A DNA stretch of 64,000 nucleotides from an uncultured bacterium (lineage in GTDB: Bacteria > Armatimonadota > Abditibacteriia > Abditibacteriales > Abditibacteriaceae). A program made the translations under genes and the position numbers. The notes under the pieces are model-generated. The model worked only from the letters and a program-made list of their open reading frames with translations, had not been told where the DNA came from and ran no database searches. Shown piece after piece: positions 31,230-40,598 of the stretch. The first letter of the stretch is position 1. Each line of letters opens with the position of its first letter. The stretch spans positions 186,001 to 250,000 of the forward strand of contig CAWJLW010000006.1 of NCBI GenBank assembly GCA_963843795.1. The letters run 5' to 3'.

Positions 31230-32777
31230 TTAATCACCGCCGCCGCCGCATCCTCCACAACCACCGCCACAGCCGCTGCCACCATCACTGCTACTATCCG
31301 AAGAACTGCCACCGTCGCTGCTGCTGGCTTGGAGATGACGCCTCAAATTTAAATCGGCCAGCGGCGTCTGATCCAAAATTTGCAAGCCATACAAGCCGAC
31401 GCCCAGCGCCAGTAATCCGCTTTCGGGGCGCAATGCCAAATCGCGATACGCGCCGCTGCTTTTCAAGTTCGTATGGCGCAAACGCAGTTTTAGCAGCGCT
31501 TTATCACCGCGTGAGTTGCGGAACACCAGCGGAACGAAAAGGCTCAGCGCAATCACAAAGGCCAGCAGTGTCATACCTGCCAGATAACCAACCGGTCGGT
31601 CGCGCGACAGGCCTACGCCGATTTTAATCAGGCCTACCACGGGCGCTAACAACGCCAGCGCCAAAGTCGCGTTGCGCGCTCGCAGCGCGTCTTCTTTGGG
31701 CATCGCCAAACTCGCAGCGCGTAGCTGATTTTCAAGGTTTTGCAAAACTTCGGCGATTTCGACATCTTTTAGCAATTGAGCCACGCTGCTTGCGCCTGAA
31801 ACACCCAATCCGCGCAGAATCGCGGCTTCCAGCGGATGATCGCTGACGGCCGCATTGCTTTCAAAAGCTGTGGTGTTTTCCTGAGCGCGTGCGATATGGC
31901 CCTGAGCCGAAACTTCGATTTCGCGGCGCTGCGCCAGTTCGGCCAGCGCTGCTTGCACGGCACTGCGCGCGCCACCGCTCAGATACGCGATTTGATACGG
32001 ATCGCGTGGCAATTCGTGGTCGCTCACCTCGCTAGGCACCGAACTCTGCGCCCGGCGCCACACATACGCGACCAGCAAATTCAGCGGTGCGAAAATGCTG
32101 TAAAACACCAAAAATTGTGGCCCATTCCAATCGAAAATTGGCACCGCCTGACCCACTTGATCGCAGCCCGCGATCAATAACAAAAACGCGACCAAAGCCA
32201 AACTCCAGCGCGTCTTGGTTTTCATTGCGTCGCTTGGCGCGTTGCAAGGACTTGTGCAAGTACTTGCACAAGTCCTTGCAACGCGCTTCGCTCTTTGCGG
32301 CTTGCCTACAATCCAATGGCGCCGCGTATCCACGCGCACAAATTGCGCCTCACCAAATCTCACGCGCGCATTTGGCCACAAATCCGTTGGCGGTTCTTCT
32401 CCAAAAAACTGCCGGTAACTTCCCAACGTGCGCTTATACCAATCGTGAAATTTCGCGCTTTCATCATTACCGCCCCGAGTTGGGCCGTGATGGAGCGCGC
32501 GCGGCAAAATCTGGCCGCACAGTTCGTCCCAATACGAGCGTGTGTAAGTGAGATGCAGATGCCACACTTGATCGACTTCGTCCGATGGCGTGACGGGATG
32601 ACTGGCACACATAGCGAGAAAAACGAAGCGTTTGTATTCTGCGATGGCGCGTTGTGCAAACTGCGCACTCCAATGATTTTCGCGCGCCAGACGAGTGGAA
32701 AAAGGCAGAGCAGCGCCGGGAATACCCACTTCAAAAGCGCTGATGCGCGCCCATAATTCACGTTGCGATTCGGTCAT
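31230..32777 (-). CDS. TIGR04222-domain membrane protein with an N-terminal glycine-rich-domain-protein-like region
   Basis: PSDEVDQVWHLHL, GPQFLVFY, AYLSGG, C-terminal GCGGGCGGCGGG. Confidence 0.8.
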   Translation of the reverse strand: MTESQRELWARISAFEVGIPGAALPFSTRLARENHWSAQFAQRAIAEYKRFVFLAMCASHPVTPSDEVDQVWHLHLTYTRSYWDELCGQILPRALHHGPTRGGNDESAKFHDWYKRTLGSYRQFFGEEPPTDLWPNARVRFGEAQFVRVDTRRHWIVGKPQRAKRVARTCASTCTSPCNAPSDAMKTKTRWSLALVAFLLLIAGCDQVGQAVPIFDWNGPQFLVFYSIFAPLNLLVAYVWRRAQSSVPSEVSDHELPRDPYQIAYLSGGARSAVQAALAELAQRREIEVSAQGHIARAQENTTAFESNAAVSDHPLEAAILRGLGVSGASSVAQLLKDVEIAEVLQNLENQLRAASLAMPKEDALRARNATLALALLAPVVGLIKIGVGLSRDRPVGYLAGMTLLAFVIALSLFVPLVFRNSRGDKALLKLRLRHTNLKSSGAYRDLALRPESGLLALGVGLYGLQILDQTPLADLNLRRHLQASSSDGGSSSDSSSDGGSGCGGGCGGCGGGGD

Positions 32778-32859
32778 AAATACCTCGGCAAGTACTTGCT
32801 ACCGCACTTATTGTAACCCCATCGCAAAATTGGCGCGGCCACCATCGACAAAGCTCGGC

Positions 32860-33810
32860 TCAAGGTTTTTTTAGCGCATTGATGAATCGGCTGGTTTCAG
32901 CGATGAGTTTGGGCGCGACCGGAAACGCGGGGTCGATGTAGGAAGGCATCTGCGCGGCTTTGTCGCCCGCAACAGTTTTCAGCACATGGTTCATGCCGTC
33001 GATGAGCAAGAGTCGGGCGTCGGGTTTCGCTGTGGCCAGCAACTTTGCGTCATCGACGCTCAACTGCAAATCGGTTGTTCCCTGCGCGATAAGAACTGGC
33101 ATCCTTAATTTCGCAATTTCCACGACCGGATCGTAGCGAAACCACGAAATAAGATAGGGCTGCACGCTGGGTCGAAACAGCGCGCTGAAACCTTCGGGAA
33201 TGGTCGCTGTGGTTTGGCCCGCATTGAGGTTTTGCACGATGGTTTCGGCTTCTTTGAAAGAGGCTTCGGGCAATTGAGGTTTCAATTGATCGAGAATAAT
33301 TTTTCCTGCTGGGCTGCCCGCGCCTGCGATGGAAACAAAACCTGTCGCGTTCAATCTTCGAGCGGCAATCATACCGATAAGCGCCCCTTCGCTGTGGCCG
33401 ATAATCACCAAACGCGAAAAGCGGCGGTTTTTCTGCAATTGTTGTCCCCACGAAACAGCGTCGTCGATATAAATTTCGAAACGTAAATCGGCTTCTGTCG
33501 TGCCCGCAGCTGCGCTGGCTCCGACACCGCGCTTATCGTAACGCACCGAAGCGATGCCGTGCGCCGCCAAACCTTCGGCCAGCAAACGCAAACTGTCGTT
33601 TTCGCCGCCTAAAGAAAGCGAATCTCCATCGCGATTGGTCGGCCCCGAACCAGCTAAAATCAACGCCACCGGACACGGTAAGCGCTTCTTCGGCGTTTCC
33701 AATGTGCCAGACAGAGTTCCCGTCGGCGTTATAAGTGAGATTGGCTCCGCTCGCACCAGGTGGCAACTGGAAAGCAGTACCGCCAAAAACCCCCAGAGTT
33801 TCACGTTCAT
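32860..33810 (-). CDS. Secreted alpha/beta hydrolase
   Basis: GSGPTNRDG, RYDKRG, GHSEG, GMNH. Confidence 0.9.
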   Translation of the reverse strand: MNVKLWGFLAVLLSSCHLVRAEPISLITPTGTLSGTLETPKKRLPCPVALILAGSGPTNRDGDSLSLGGENDSLRLLAEGLAAHGIASVRYDKRGVGASAAAGTTEADLRFEIYIDDAVSWGQQLQKNRRFSRLVIIGHSEGALIGMIAARRLNATGFVSIAGAGSPAGKIILDQLKPQLPEASFKEAETIVQNLNAGQTTATIPEGFSALFRPSVQPYLISWFRYDPVVEIAKLRMPVLIAQGTTDLQLSVDDAKLLATAKPDARLLLIDGMNHVLKTVAGDKAAQMPSYIDPAFPVAPKLIAETSRFINALKKP

Positions 33811-33843
33811 AATATGGAGAAGTATAAAGGTTAGTCAACAAAT

Positions 33844-34413
33844 TTATTCGCTCGCAAAATAAAAAATCTTCTTCGCAATTTCTTTCAAATTTGGTGAATA
33901 ACCGATCTCTGTTGCGACGTGAATTGTCGGCACCTTGAAATTGGGCGCGATGTAACTATCGGGTGGGGCGATTGTGCCGGTTTGTTTGTAAAGCGTGACG
34001 CGCGAGTCGCCATGATAGAACTCGCGTTCGGGATGATCTAGTCCGCGCTGCAAATGCCGTTGTGCTGCGATTTCGGCATCAATCGAACACCGCACGAGGA
34101 TGGGAACACTTAACTCCACGATTTGCGCCATTCGGGTTTCCCACACTTGGTGCTGAAACGCCGCTTCAACAACCACTGAAACCCGCGCGGCCAGATATTG
34201 ATTGACCGTTGCGAAGAAGAAATTAGAAACCACGCCGTTGGTTTCGGGCGGCAGTTGCTTATGACTTAGGCCAAAGGTGCTGACGTAACCTTCTTTTATC
34301 TCATCGCGGCTAATCACCGGCAACAACAGGCATTGCCCGAGTTTTTTCGCCAAAGTGGTTTTGCCCGAACCGGGGCACCCTGTAACAATTATGCATTTGG
34401 GTTTGTGACTCAT
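33844..34413 (-). CDS. AAA/P-loop kinase-like ATPase
   Basis: Walker A GCPGSGKTT followed by ISRDEIKE. Confidence 0.8.
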   Translation of the reverse strand: MSHKPKCIIVTGCPGSGKTTLAKKLGQCLLLPVISRDEIKEGYVSTFGLSHKQLPPETNGVVSNFFFATVNQYLAARVSVVVEAAFQHQVWETRMAQIVELSVPILVRCSIDAEIAAQRHLQRGLDHPEREFYHGDSRVTLYKQTGTIAPPDSYIAPNFKVPTIHVATEIGYSPNLKEIAKKIFYFASE

Positions 34414-34612
34414 GCTTGTTCATCCAAAGAATACCGCGGAGCCTCTGGCAGATAACAGCGAAATCAATTGCAATCCGTCCAAGTGTGTAGCGTGCTGGTA
34501 GTAAATCAGGATATAAAGCGACAGCCACAAACTGCTCTGCAAGTACTTGCCCAACCTTTTTAATGATTAGGTTCTGTATCTTGTTAATCAAACAATTAAA
34601 GCTGTTGTTGTG

Positions 34613-34649
34613 TGCTGTGTCGGCATCGGTAAGTGACACCGACACAGCG
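34613..34649 (-). terminator. Hairpin downstream of the small secreted protein gene
   Basis: GCTGTGTCGG...CCGACACAGC inverted repeat. Confidence 0.4.
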
Positions 34650-34683
34650 GTTTGCATGTGATGCCAAATTTACACAGTGAAAA

Positions 34684-34992
34684 TTACGGGCGAATTTTCA
34701 AACTTGTCAGCACCATTTGGCCGTCTTTGGTATCGTAGTGGACAACGACGCGACGCCCTTCGCGCAGGTCTCCGCTTTTGATTCCGTTGGCGAGTGCTCC
34801 GCCCTTCAAGTTCAGGAACTGGGTATCGGCTGTGGTAGTGAAGTTGTAATCTTTTTGGCCTTCGACCACTGTGATAATGCCGTTGTTCGCGTTGACCGCT
34901 TTAATTCTGGCTCTCATTTCGGCAGCTAAACTTGGCATGACCATGGCCACCGTAAGAAGGAGGCCTAGCAACAGCATAGCGAATTTCTTCAT
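34684..34992 (-). CDS. Small secreted beta-barrel (OB-fold-like) hypothetical protein
   Basis: Signal peptide MKKFAMLL..SLAA and strong RBS AAGGAGGT. Confidence 0.75.
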   Translation of the reverse strand: MKKFAMLLLGLLLTVAMVMPSLAAEMRARIKAVNANNGIITVVEGQKDYNFTTTADTQFLNLKGGALANGIKSGDLREGRRVVVHYDTKDGQMVLTSLKIRP

Positions 34993-35138
34993 GTTTGATT
35001 CACCTCCTTCTTTTCGATCTTCGTGCGGGTGTTTCGACTACAAAAGCGAAATTAAAGTTTCACGCTCACCAAAAATCTGAGAAATGCTCAGAACAATCAT
35101 TGATGTAAATTTCCCCTTTGTAGCTGAGAAGACTTTAG

Positions 35139-36347
35139 TCAGGGTTTGTCTGAGGCCACCAGCGGATAGTGCGCCGATTTATCGAGCAGAGCGAGAATGC
35201 TGACGGCAATGCGGTCTATATAAGTGCTGGCATTGAAGTTCAGGGCAGTAGTGGCCACGTCCTGCCGAAACTTTTGCCCGCGCCCGACATCGGTTTCGAC
35301 GCGATTGGCAGCGATTAACCAACGCTCTATAGGGGCTTCCGCCGTGTAATGGCCGATTTTGCTTTGATTTTGATTGATAAATTGCCACAAGCGCGCGTGC
35401 TGTCCAGCTTCTCGTTCTGGTAGATAAGCCAAAGCAAACAGATTGGCCAAAATTCCCGGATATTGAGTGTCTTGGTAAGCGGCGATATTTCCGTTATCTA
35501 CTTGGCACGCATAAAGTTCACCACCGGACTGCGCAGCGAAAAGCGCGCTACCGCGAACGATTCCATCGGCCAGAGCTTTGGCTTGCTGGGCTTCGGCGGG
35601 GCGACCGATGTGTTGAAACAGTTCCTCTGCGGCCCGCAAACCGGCATGAGATTCGATGGCGTCGATCAGAAAATGCATCGGCGATTGGGCGCGCGCGATG
35701 GACAGGCCATTCGTCGCCGCGCCGCCCGAAAACGTCCACGTTGCGCCGCCGTCGCGCACTACGCCGTCTTTATCGTTAATGGTGCGATCCAGAGCGCGCA
35801 GCGAAACCAGAGCAGCTTCACGAACATCAGGTGGCAGTTGACCGGTTAGTTTGTAGTAGCGCGCGCTCGCCAGAAGGAACAGGCCAGCGTAAGCGTCGAT
35901 GCTGTCGTAATCTTTGTAAATCGTCTCGCCCTTGTTATTGGTGACCGGCACGAGAGGTTGCAGATCGTCGAGTGGCCCCTCTAGGTTGTGCGCCACACCC
36001 TGCGGCTGCCGCAATGCATCCCGGGCGTAAAATGTGAGATATTCGCCAACCCACTGCACATATTTCGACTGTGCATCGTCGCTGGCCGCGAGCAAAGCCA
36101 GCGTCGCTTCCAATGCGAAATAATGCTCAACCCACAATTTGGGCGCATTGGGTGCGACGCAAAAAGCACCTTTGGCATTGCCGCGTTCCAAACGGCGCGC
36201 TGCCAACAAAGACAAACATTTCTGCACCGCCCGACGCTCTGCGGGAACCGTCAAGCCATCCAAAACATCGGCCTGAACGCGCGAGGGGCACAGTAACATC
36301 AGCCCCACTCCCAGCAACAACATTACCCGCACAGCATATATTCGCAT
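35139..36347 (-). CDS. Secreted hypothetical protein, possibly (alpha/alpha)6-barrel glycosidase-like
   Basis: 402-aa ORF with signal peptide and YDSIDAYAGLFL motif; the function is inferred. Confidence 0.6.
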   Translation of the reverse strand: MRIYAVRVMLLLGVGLMLLCPSRVQADVLDGLTVPAERRAVQKCLSLLAARRLERGNAKGAFCVAPNAPKLWVEHYFALEATLALLAASDDAQSKYVQWVGEYLTFYARDALRQPQGVAHNLEGPLDDLQPLVPVTNNKGETIYKDYDSIDAYAGLFLLASARYYKLTGQLPPDVREAALVSLRALDRTINDKDGVVRDGGATWTFSGGAATNGLSIARAQSPMHFLIDAIESHAGLRAAEELFQHIGRPAEAQQAKALADGIVRGSALFAAQSGGELYACQVDNGNIAAYQDTQYPGILANLFALAYLPEREAGQHARLWQFINQNQSKIGHYTAEAPIERWLIAANRVETDVGRGQKFRQDVATTALNFNASTYIDRIAVSILALLDKSAHYPLVASDKP

Positions 36348-36420
36348 TGGTTTAAGCGTCTTGTTATAAGATTCGTTCGATTTTCACCGTTGCAAGAGAT
36401 TGAGAACGAGGATTGAGCCA

Positions 36421-36894
36421 TTAAATATCGGTTACCGATGGATGGCTAAGTTGCTCGGCTAGTCCGATGATGATGCCTTCAGGGCCCTGCAGGAAACAGA
36501 GCCGATAGCTGTCTTCGTACTGTGAGATTTCGCCAACGAGTGTGGCACCGTGCCTATGCAGACGGGCAACAACATCGTCGATATTAGTGACAGCGAACAT
36601 GATGCGGCGTAGGCCCAAAGTGTTCGCCGGCGCATCTTCCGGCTCGGATTTGATCGCTGGCGGCGTGTGAAATTTGGACAGTTCAACGCGGCTGTGGCCG
36701 TCCGGAGTGCGCATCATAATGATGTCGGCACGAACGTTATTGAGGCCAACGACACCGTCCGCCCAGCGCCCTTCCACTGTTGTCTTCCCTTCCATCTCCA
36801 TGCCGAGTTCGGCGAAAAACGCTCTGGCAGCCTCTATATCGTTGACAACAATGAGAATGTTGTCCATGCGTAACAGCTTACTTTTTGCGGTCAT
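36421..36894 (-). CDS. VOC family protein
   Basis: RMDNILIVV..FFAELG..MMRTPDGHSRVELSKF..GPEGIIIGLAEQL. Confidence 0.88.
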   Translation of the reverse strand: MTAKSKLLRMDNILIVVNDIEAARAFFAELGMEMEGKTTVEGRWADGVVGLNNVRADIIMMRTPDGHSRVELSKFHTPPAIKSEPEDAPANTLGLRRIMFAVTNIDDVVARLHRHGATLVGEISQYEDSYRLCFLQGPEGIIIGLAEQLSHPSVTDI

Positions 36895-37141
36895 ATTTCG
36901 ATTGTACAATTTTTGTGTTGGCCAATCTATGGATGCCAAACTGAACGAAGAACTGGCGACGTGTGCGCAGCAGCAGCACAACAATATTGGTATGCAGCAA
37001 TTTTGTCCGACAGGCGCGGCTTCATGCGGAATTTTCGGGCAGAAAACCGCAATTTTTAAGATGCGGTTTTCTGCAGAGTAACGGTCTAAAGCCGCATTGG
37101 CAACCCGCGCACAAATGCCTGCGGCAAGTACTTGCCGCACG

Positions 37142-38929
37142 TCACGCTTCAATCGCGTCCAATTCTTCCCAACGTGCAAACGCTCGTTTCAATTCCCCTT
37201 CAATTTCGCCCAGACGCGCCGTCGCCTGCGCAATCGTCACCGCATCGTTTTGATAGAACTTGGCATCGCCCATTTTCTCGACCAAAGCCGCGTTTTCGCT
37301 TTCCAACCGTTCAATCAAATCTGGCAGTTGTTCCAGTTCGCGTTTTTCTTTGAAACTGATGCGCCGCGCGCGCTGCGCTTTCGCGCGATTGTCGCCGTTA
37401 TTTTCGTTTTTGGGCGCTGCAAGTACTTGCACCGTGTTTTGCGCCCCACGTTGGCGCTGCAAATCGTCGTAGCCTCCAACAAATTCGCTCCAAGTACCAT
37501 CGCCATCGGGCGAAAGCGTGCTGGAAACGACGTTATTCAAAAACGCGCGGTCGTGACTGACGGTGATAACGGTGCCTTCAAACTCGACCAGCAGGTTTTC
37601 CAATAATTCCAGCGTTTCGATGTCCAAATCGTTGGTCGGTTCGTCCAACACCAACAAATTCGCCGGTTGTGCGAACAACCGCGCCAACAGCAAACGGCTG
37701 CGTTCGCCGCCGGACAAAACGCTGACCGGTTGATGAATGCGGTCACGCTCGAAAAGCCATTCATTGAGATAGCTCACAATGTGGCGCGATTGGCCGTTAA
37801 AACTGACCGTATCGTTTTCGCCCGCGACGTTCCAGCGTACCGAACGGTCTTCGTCCAGCGCGGCTTTGGCTTGATCGAAATAAGCGATTTGCAGGCGTGT
37901 GCCGAGCTTGACGCGGCCCGCATCCGGCGCGATTTCGCCGAGCAGAAGTTTCACCAACGTACTTTTGCCGCCACCGTTAGGGCCGACCAAACCGAGTTTA
38001 TCGCCGCGCAAAATGCGCGTGGAAAAGTCGCGCACCAAATTGGGTGCGCTTTCGTAGCTGAAACTGATATTTTCGGCGACAATAACTTCATGTCCCGAAC
38101 GCGCCACGTCTTGCGCTTGCATTTCGACTTTGCCCTGAATCTGGCGGCGCGCGGCACTTTGATCGCGCAAGCGTTGCAGCGCGCGCACGCGGCCTTCATT
38201 GCGAGTAGTGCGCGCTTTCACGCCGCGCCGAATCCACGCTTCTTCCTGTGCCAGCAGCGTGTTCAAATCGCTTTGCGTTTTGGCCTCGCTTTCCAGACGC
38301 GCCTCGCGCCGTTCTAAAAACGTGTGGTAATCGCAAGCGTAGGAAAACAGTTGTGCGCGGTCGATTTCGACGATGCGCGTCGCCAAGTTCTGCAAAAACG
38401 CGCGGTCGTGCGTCACGAACAACAGCGCTGTGTTTTGCGTGCGCGAACGGCGCAACAGCCATTCTTCGAGCCACTGAATTGCCGCGATGTCCAAATGGTT
38501 GGTCGGTTCGTCCAACAGTAAAACATCGGGCTGCGCGGCCAAAGTGCGCGCCAGCAAGACGCGGCGCTGTTGGCCGCCGGACAGGGCGCGAAAATCGGCT
38601 TCGCCATCAATGTCCAATTGCGAAAGCATAGCGTCGATTTCATAATCGGGCGCGTCATGTCCGCCTTGAACAATTTCGCGGACGCGGCCTTGCAAATCGT
38701 CGGGCACATCTTGCGGCAAATACGCGGCGCGCGCGTTATTTTGCCACGCCAAAGTGCCGGAATCGGGCGCGAGTTCACCACCGATGAGGCGCATTAAAGT
38801 ACTTTTGCCAGCGCCATTGCGACCGACGAGACAGACGCGCTCGCCGCTTTCGATGTGCAGCGAAATGGCGTCGAATAGCGGCGGGCCGCCCAAACTGAGA
38901 CTGATGTTGTGCAAACTGAGAAGTGCCAT
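37142..38929 (-). CDS. uup: ABC-F family ATPase (Uup-like)
   Basis: Two NBDs (GRNGAGKST, GPNGGGKST), LDEPTN x2, linker WIRRGVKARTTRNEGRVRAL, C-terminal RWEEL. Confidence 0.88.
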   Translation of the reverse strand: MALLSLHNISLSLGGPPLFDAISLHIESGERVCLVGRNGAGKSTLMRLIGGELAPDSGTLAWQNNARAAYLPQDVPDDLQGRVREIVQGGHDAPDYEIDAMLSQLDIDGEADFRALSGGQQRRVLLARTLAAQPDVLLLDEPTNHLDIAAIQWLEEWLLRRSRTQNTALLFVTHDRAFLQNLATRIVEIDRAQLFSYACDYHTFLERREARLESEAKTQSDLNTLLAQEEAWIRRGVKARTTRNEGRVRALQRLRDQSAARRQIQGKVEMQAQDVARSGHEVIVAENISFSYESAPNLVRDFSTRILRGDKLGLVGPNGGGKSTLVKLLLGEIAPDAGRVKLGTRLQIAYFDQAKAALDEDRSVRWNVAGENDTVSFNGQSRHIVSYLNEWLFERDRIHQPVSVLSGGERSRLLLARLFAQPANLLVLDEPTNDLDIETLELLENLLVEFEGTVITVSHDRAFLNNVVSSTLSPDGDGTWSEFVGGYDDLQRQRGAQNTVQVLAAPKNENNGDNRAKAQRARRISFKEKRELEQLPDLIERLESENAALVEKMGDAKFYQNDAVTIAQATARLGEIEGELKRAFARWEELDAIEA

Positions 38930-38964
38930 AGAAAACACTTAGTTTAGTGGAGTTGCGGCTCATG

Positions 38965-39133
38965 CCCCCACCCGGCCTCGTAAAACTCGGCCACCCTCCC
39001 CCGCAAGCGGGAGAGGGATTTTGGGTTTGTGCTCACTGCAAGTACTTGCAGCGAGATACTTACATGGTGAGCAGAAGTTTCCCTCTCCCGCTTGCGGGGG
39101 AGGGTGGCCGAGTTTTACGAGGCCGGGTGGGGG
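38965..39133. repeat. 54-bp perfect inverted repeat pair (REP/MITE-like) enclosing a 12-mer copy
   Basis: 38965-39018 is the exact reverse complement of 39080-39133. Each arm has internal hairpins (CCCTCCCCCGCAAGCGGGAGAGGG). Confidence 0.9.
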
Positions 39134-39159
39134 TTTAAACTTCACGCAAAAGGAACACG

Positions 39160-39543
39160 ATGATGACAATCAAACCCACACCTCAGCAAAAGCGCGTTCG
39201 CACGATTGCGCGTGCCCGCAAATTGCGTCAAACACAAACGCCCTATGAAACCGTGCTGTGGCGTTTGCTGCGTGCTCATCGCATGGAAGATTTTCACTGG
39301 CGACGCCAACATCCCATCGGGCCATACTTCGCCGATTTCGCGTGTTTGAAGTGCAAACTTATTGTCGAACTCGATGGCGATTCACACGAAGAACGAGAAG
39401 ATCACGATGCGAACCGCGATGAATCGCTACGGCAGCGCGGCTGGACGACGCTGCGCATTGCCAATCGTGATTTGATGCGTTCGCCTGAAGGCGTGTGGGA
39501 AACGATTCGAGCGGCTTTGAAAGCGTGTGAAATTGATGAATAA
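39160..39543 (+). CDS. DUF559 (Vsr-like) endonuclease-domain protein
   Basis: ARKLRQTQT..E..LW..LR, RRQHPIGPYFADF, LIVELDGDSH, RD..L...GW..LRI. Confidence 0.9.
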   Translation: MMTIKPTPQQKRVRTIARARKLRQTQTPYETVLWRLLRAHRMEDFHWRRQHPIGPYFADFACLKCKLIVELDGDSHEEREDHDANRDESLRQRGWTTLRIANRDLMRSPEGVWETIRAALKACEIDE

Positions 39544-39633
39544 GTCTGCGCAAGTACTTGCACTGCCATTGCACATCTTTAATGTGAATTTAAATTCCGC
39601 AGCTTTTGAATCTGCTAAAACTCTAAGCTCGTT

Positions 39634-40506
39634 ATGAAAAAATTTCTTCCGTTGTTCCTCGCCCTGATCCTGATGGCGTGCGGTCAGTCCGCATTCGCCG
39701 CGCCGCTGTCGCAGCACGTTTTCATCGTGTCTTTCGATGGCGGTAAGCCCGCCGTAATGCAAAAAAGCGCGATGCCTGTGGTTTTCGATATGGCCAAAAC
39801 CGGCGCGGTTAGTTGGAACGCGCAAACCGTTTTGCCCAGCATCACATTGGTTTCGCACACTTCGATGTTGACCGGTGTGCAGCCCGCGCAACACAAAATT
39901 CTGTGGAACACTTGGATTCCGGCCAACGGACTCGTCAAAGTGCCCACAGTTTTTGGATTGGCGCGTAACAACGGTTACACAACCGCACTTTTCGCGGGTA
40001 AAGAAAAATTCCGTCATCTCAATGTGCCGGGCACATTGGACGAATTTCAAATTCCGGCTTACGGTGCGGAAATCGTGGCCGATGCCGCCGCTAAATATAT
40101 CGTCGAGAAAAAACCGAATCTGTGCTTTATCCACTTTGCCGATAGCGATGGCGCCGGTCACGAATTCGGCTGGGGCACGCCCGAACAAATCAAAGCTTTT
40201 GCTGATGAAGACAAGGCGCTGAAAACCTTGCGCGATGCAGTCGAAAAAGCTGGCATCGCCAAAGAAAGCACGTTTATTCTCAGCGCCGATCACGGCGGCC
40301 ACGACAAAACCCATGGTTCGGACTCGCCCGAGGATATGACTATTCCGTGGATCGCGTGGGGCGCGGGCGTGAAAACCGGCGTTATCTCCGCGCCCATTAG
40401 CACGTGCGATACCGCAGCGACCGCGCTGTGGTTGCTGGATGTAGAGGTGCCCGCAAACTGGGATGGCAAACCCGTCGTGAGCGCGTTCAAAGAAAAAACC
40501 AAGTAA
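39634..40506 (+). CDS. Secreted alkaline phosphatase/nucleotide pyrophosphatase family protein
   Basis: IVSFDG, PSITLVSHTSMLTG, D.AGH, SADHGG. Confidence 0.88.
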   Translation: MKKFLPLFLALILMACGQSAFAAPLSQHVFIVSFDGGKPAVMQKSAMPVVFDMAKTGAVSWNAQTVLPSITLVSHTSMLTGVQPAQHKILWNTWIPANGLVKVPTVFGLARNNGYTTALFAGKEKFRHLNVPGTLDEFQIPAYGAEIVADAAAKYIVEKKPNLCFIHFADSDGAGHEFGWGTPEQIKAFADEDKALKTLRDAVEKAGIAKESTFILSADHGGHDKTHGSDSPEDMTIPWIAWGAGVKTGVISAPISTCDTAATALWLLDVEVPANWDGKPVVSAFKEKTK

Positions 40507-40523
40507 TTGATGAGGTGTAAAAT

Positions 40524-40560
40524 AAAAGGCGCGACCATTTGGTCGCGCCTTTTTGCTTTT
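40524..40560 (+). terminator. Intrinsic terminator
   Basis: AAAAGGCGCGACC-ATTT-GGTCGCGCCTTTT followed by a T-run. Confidence 0.8.
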
Positions 40561-40598
40561 GAGCTTCGGCAAGTACTTGCCGAATGGTTTATAAGATT

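Noticed and set aside
38947..39169. Mirror ORFs encoding PPPGLVKLGHPPPQAGEG on both strands
   Set aside because: They are a by-product of the 54-bp inverted repeat.
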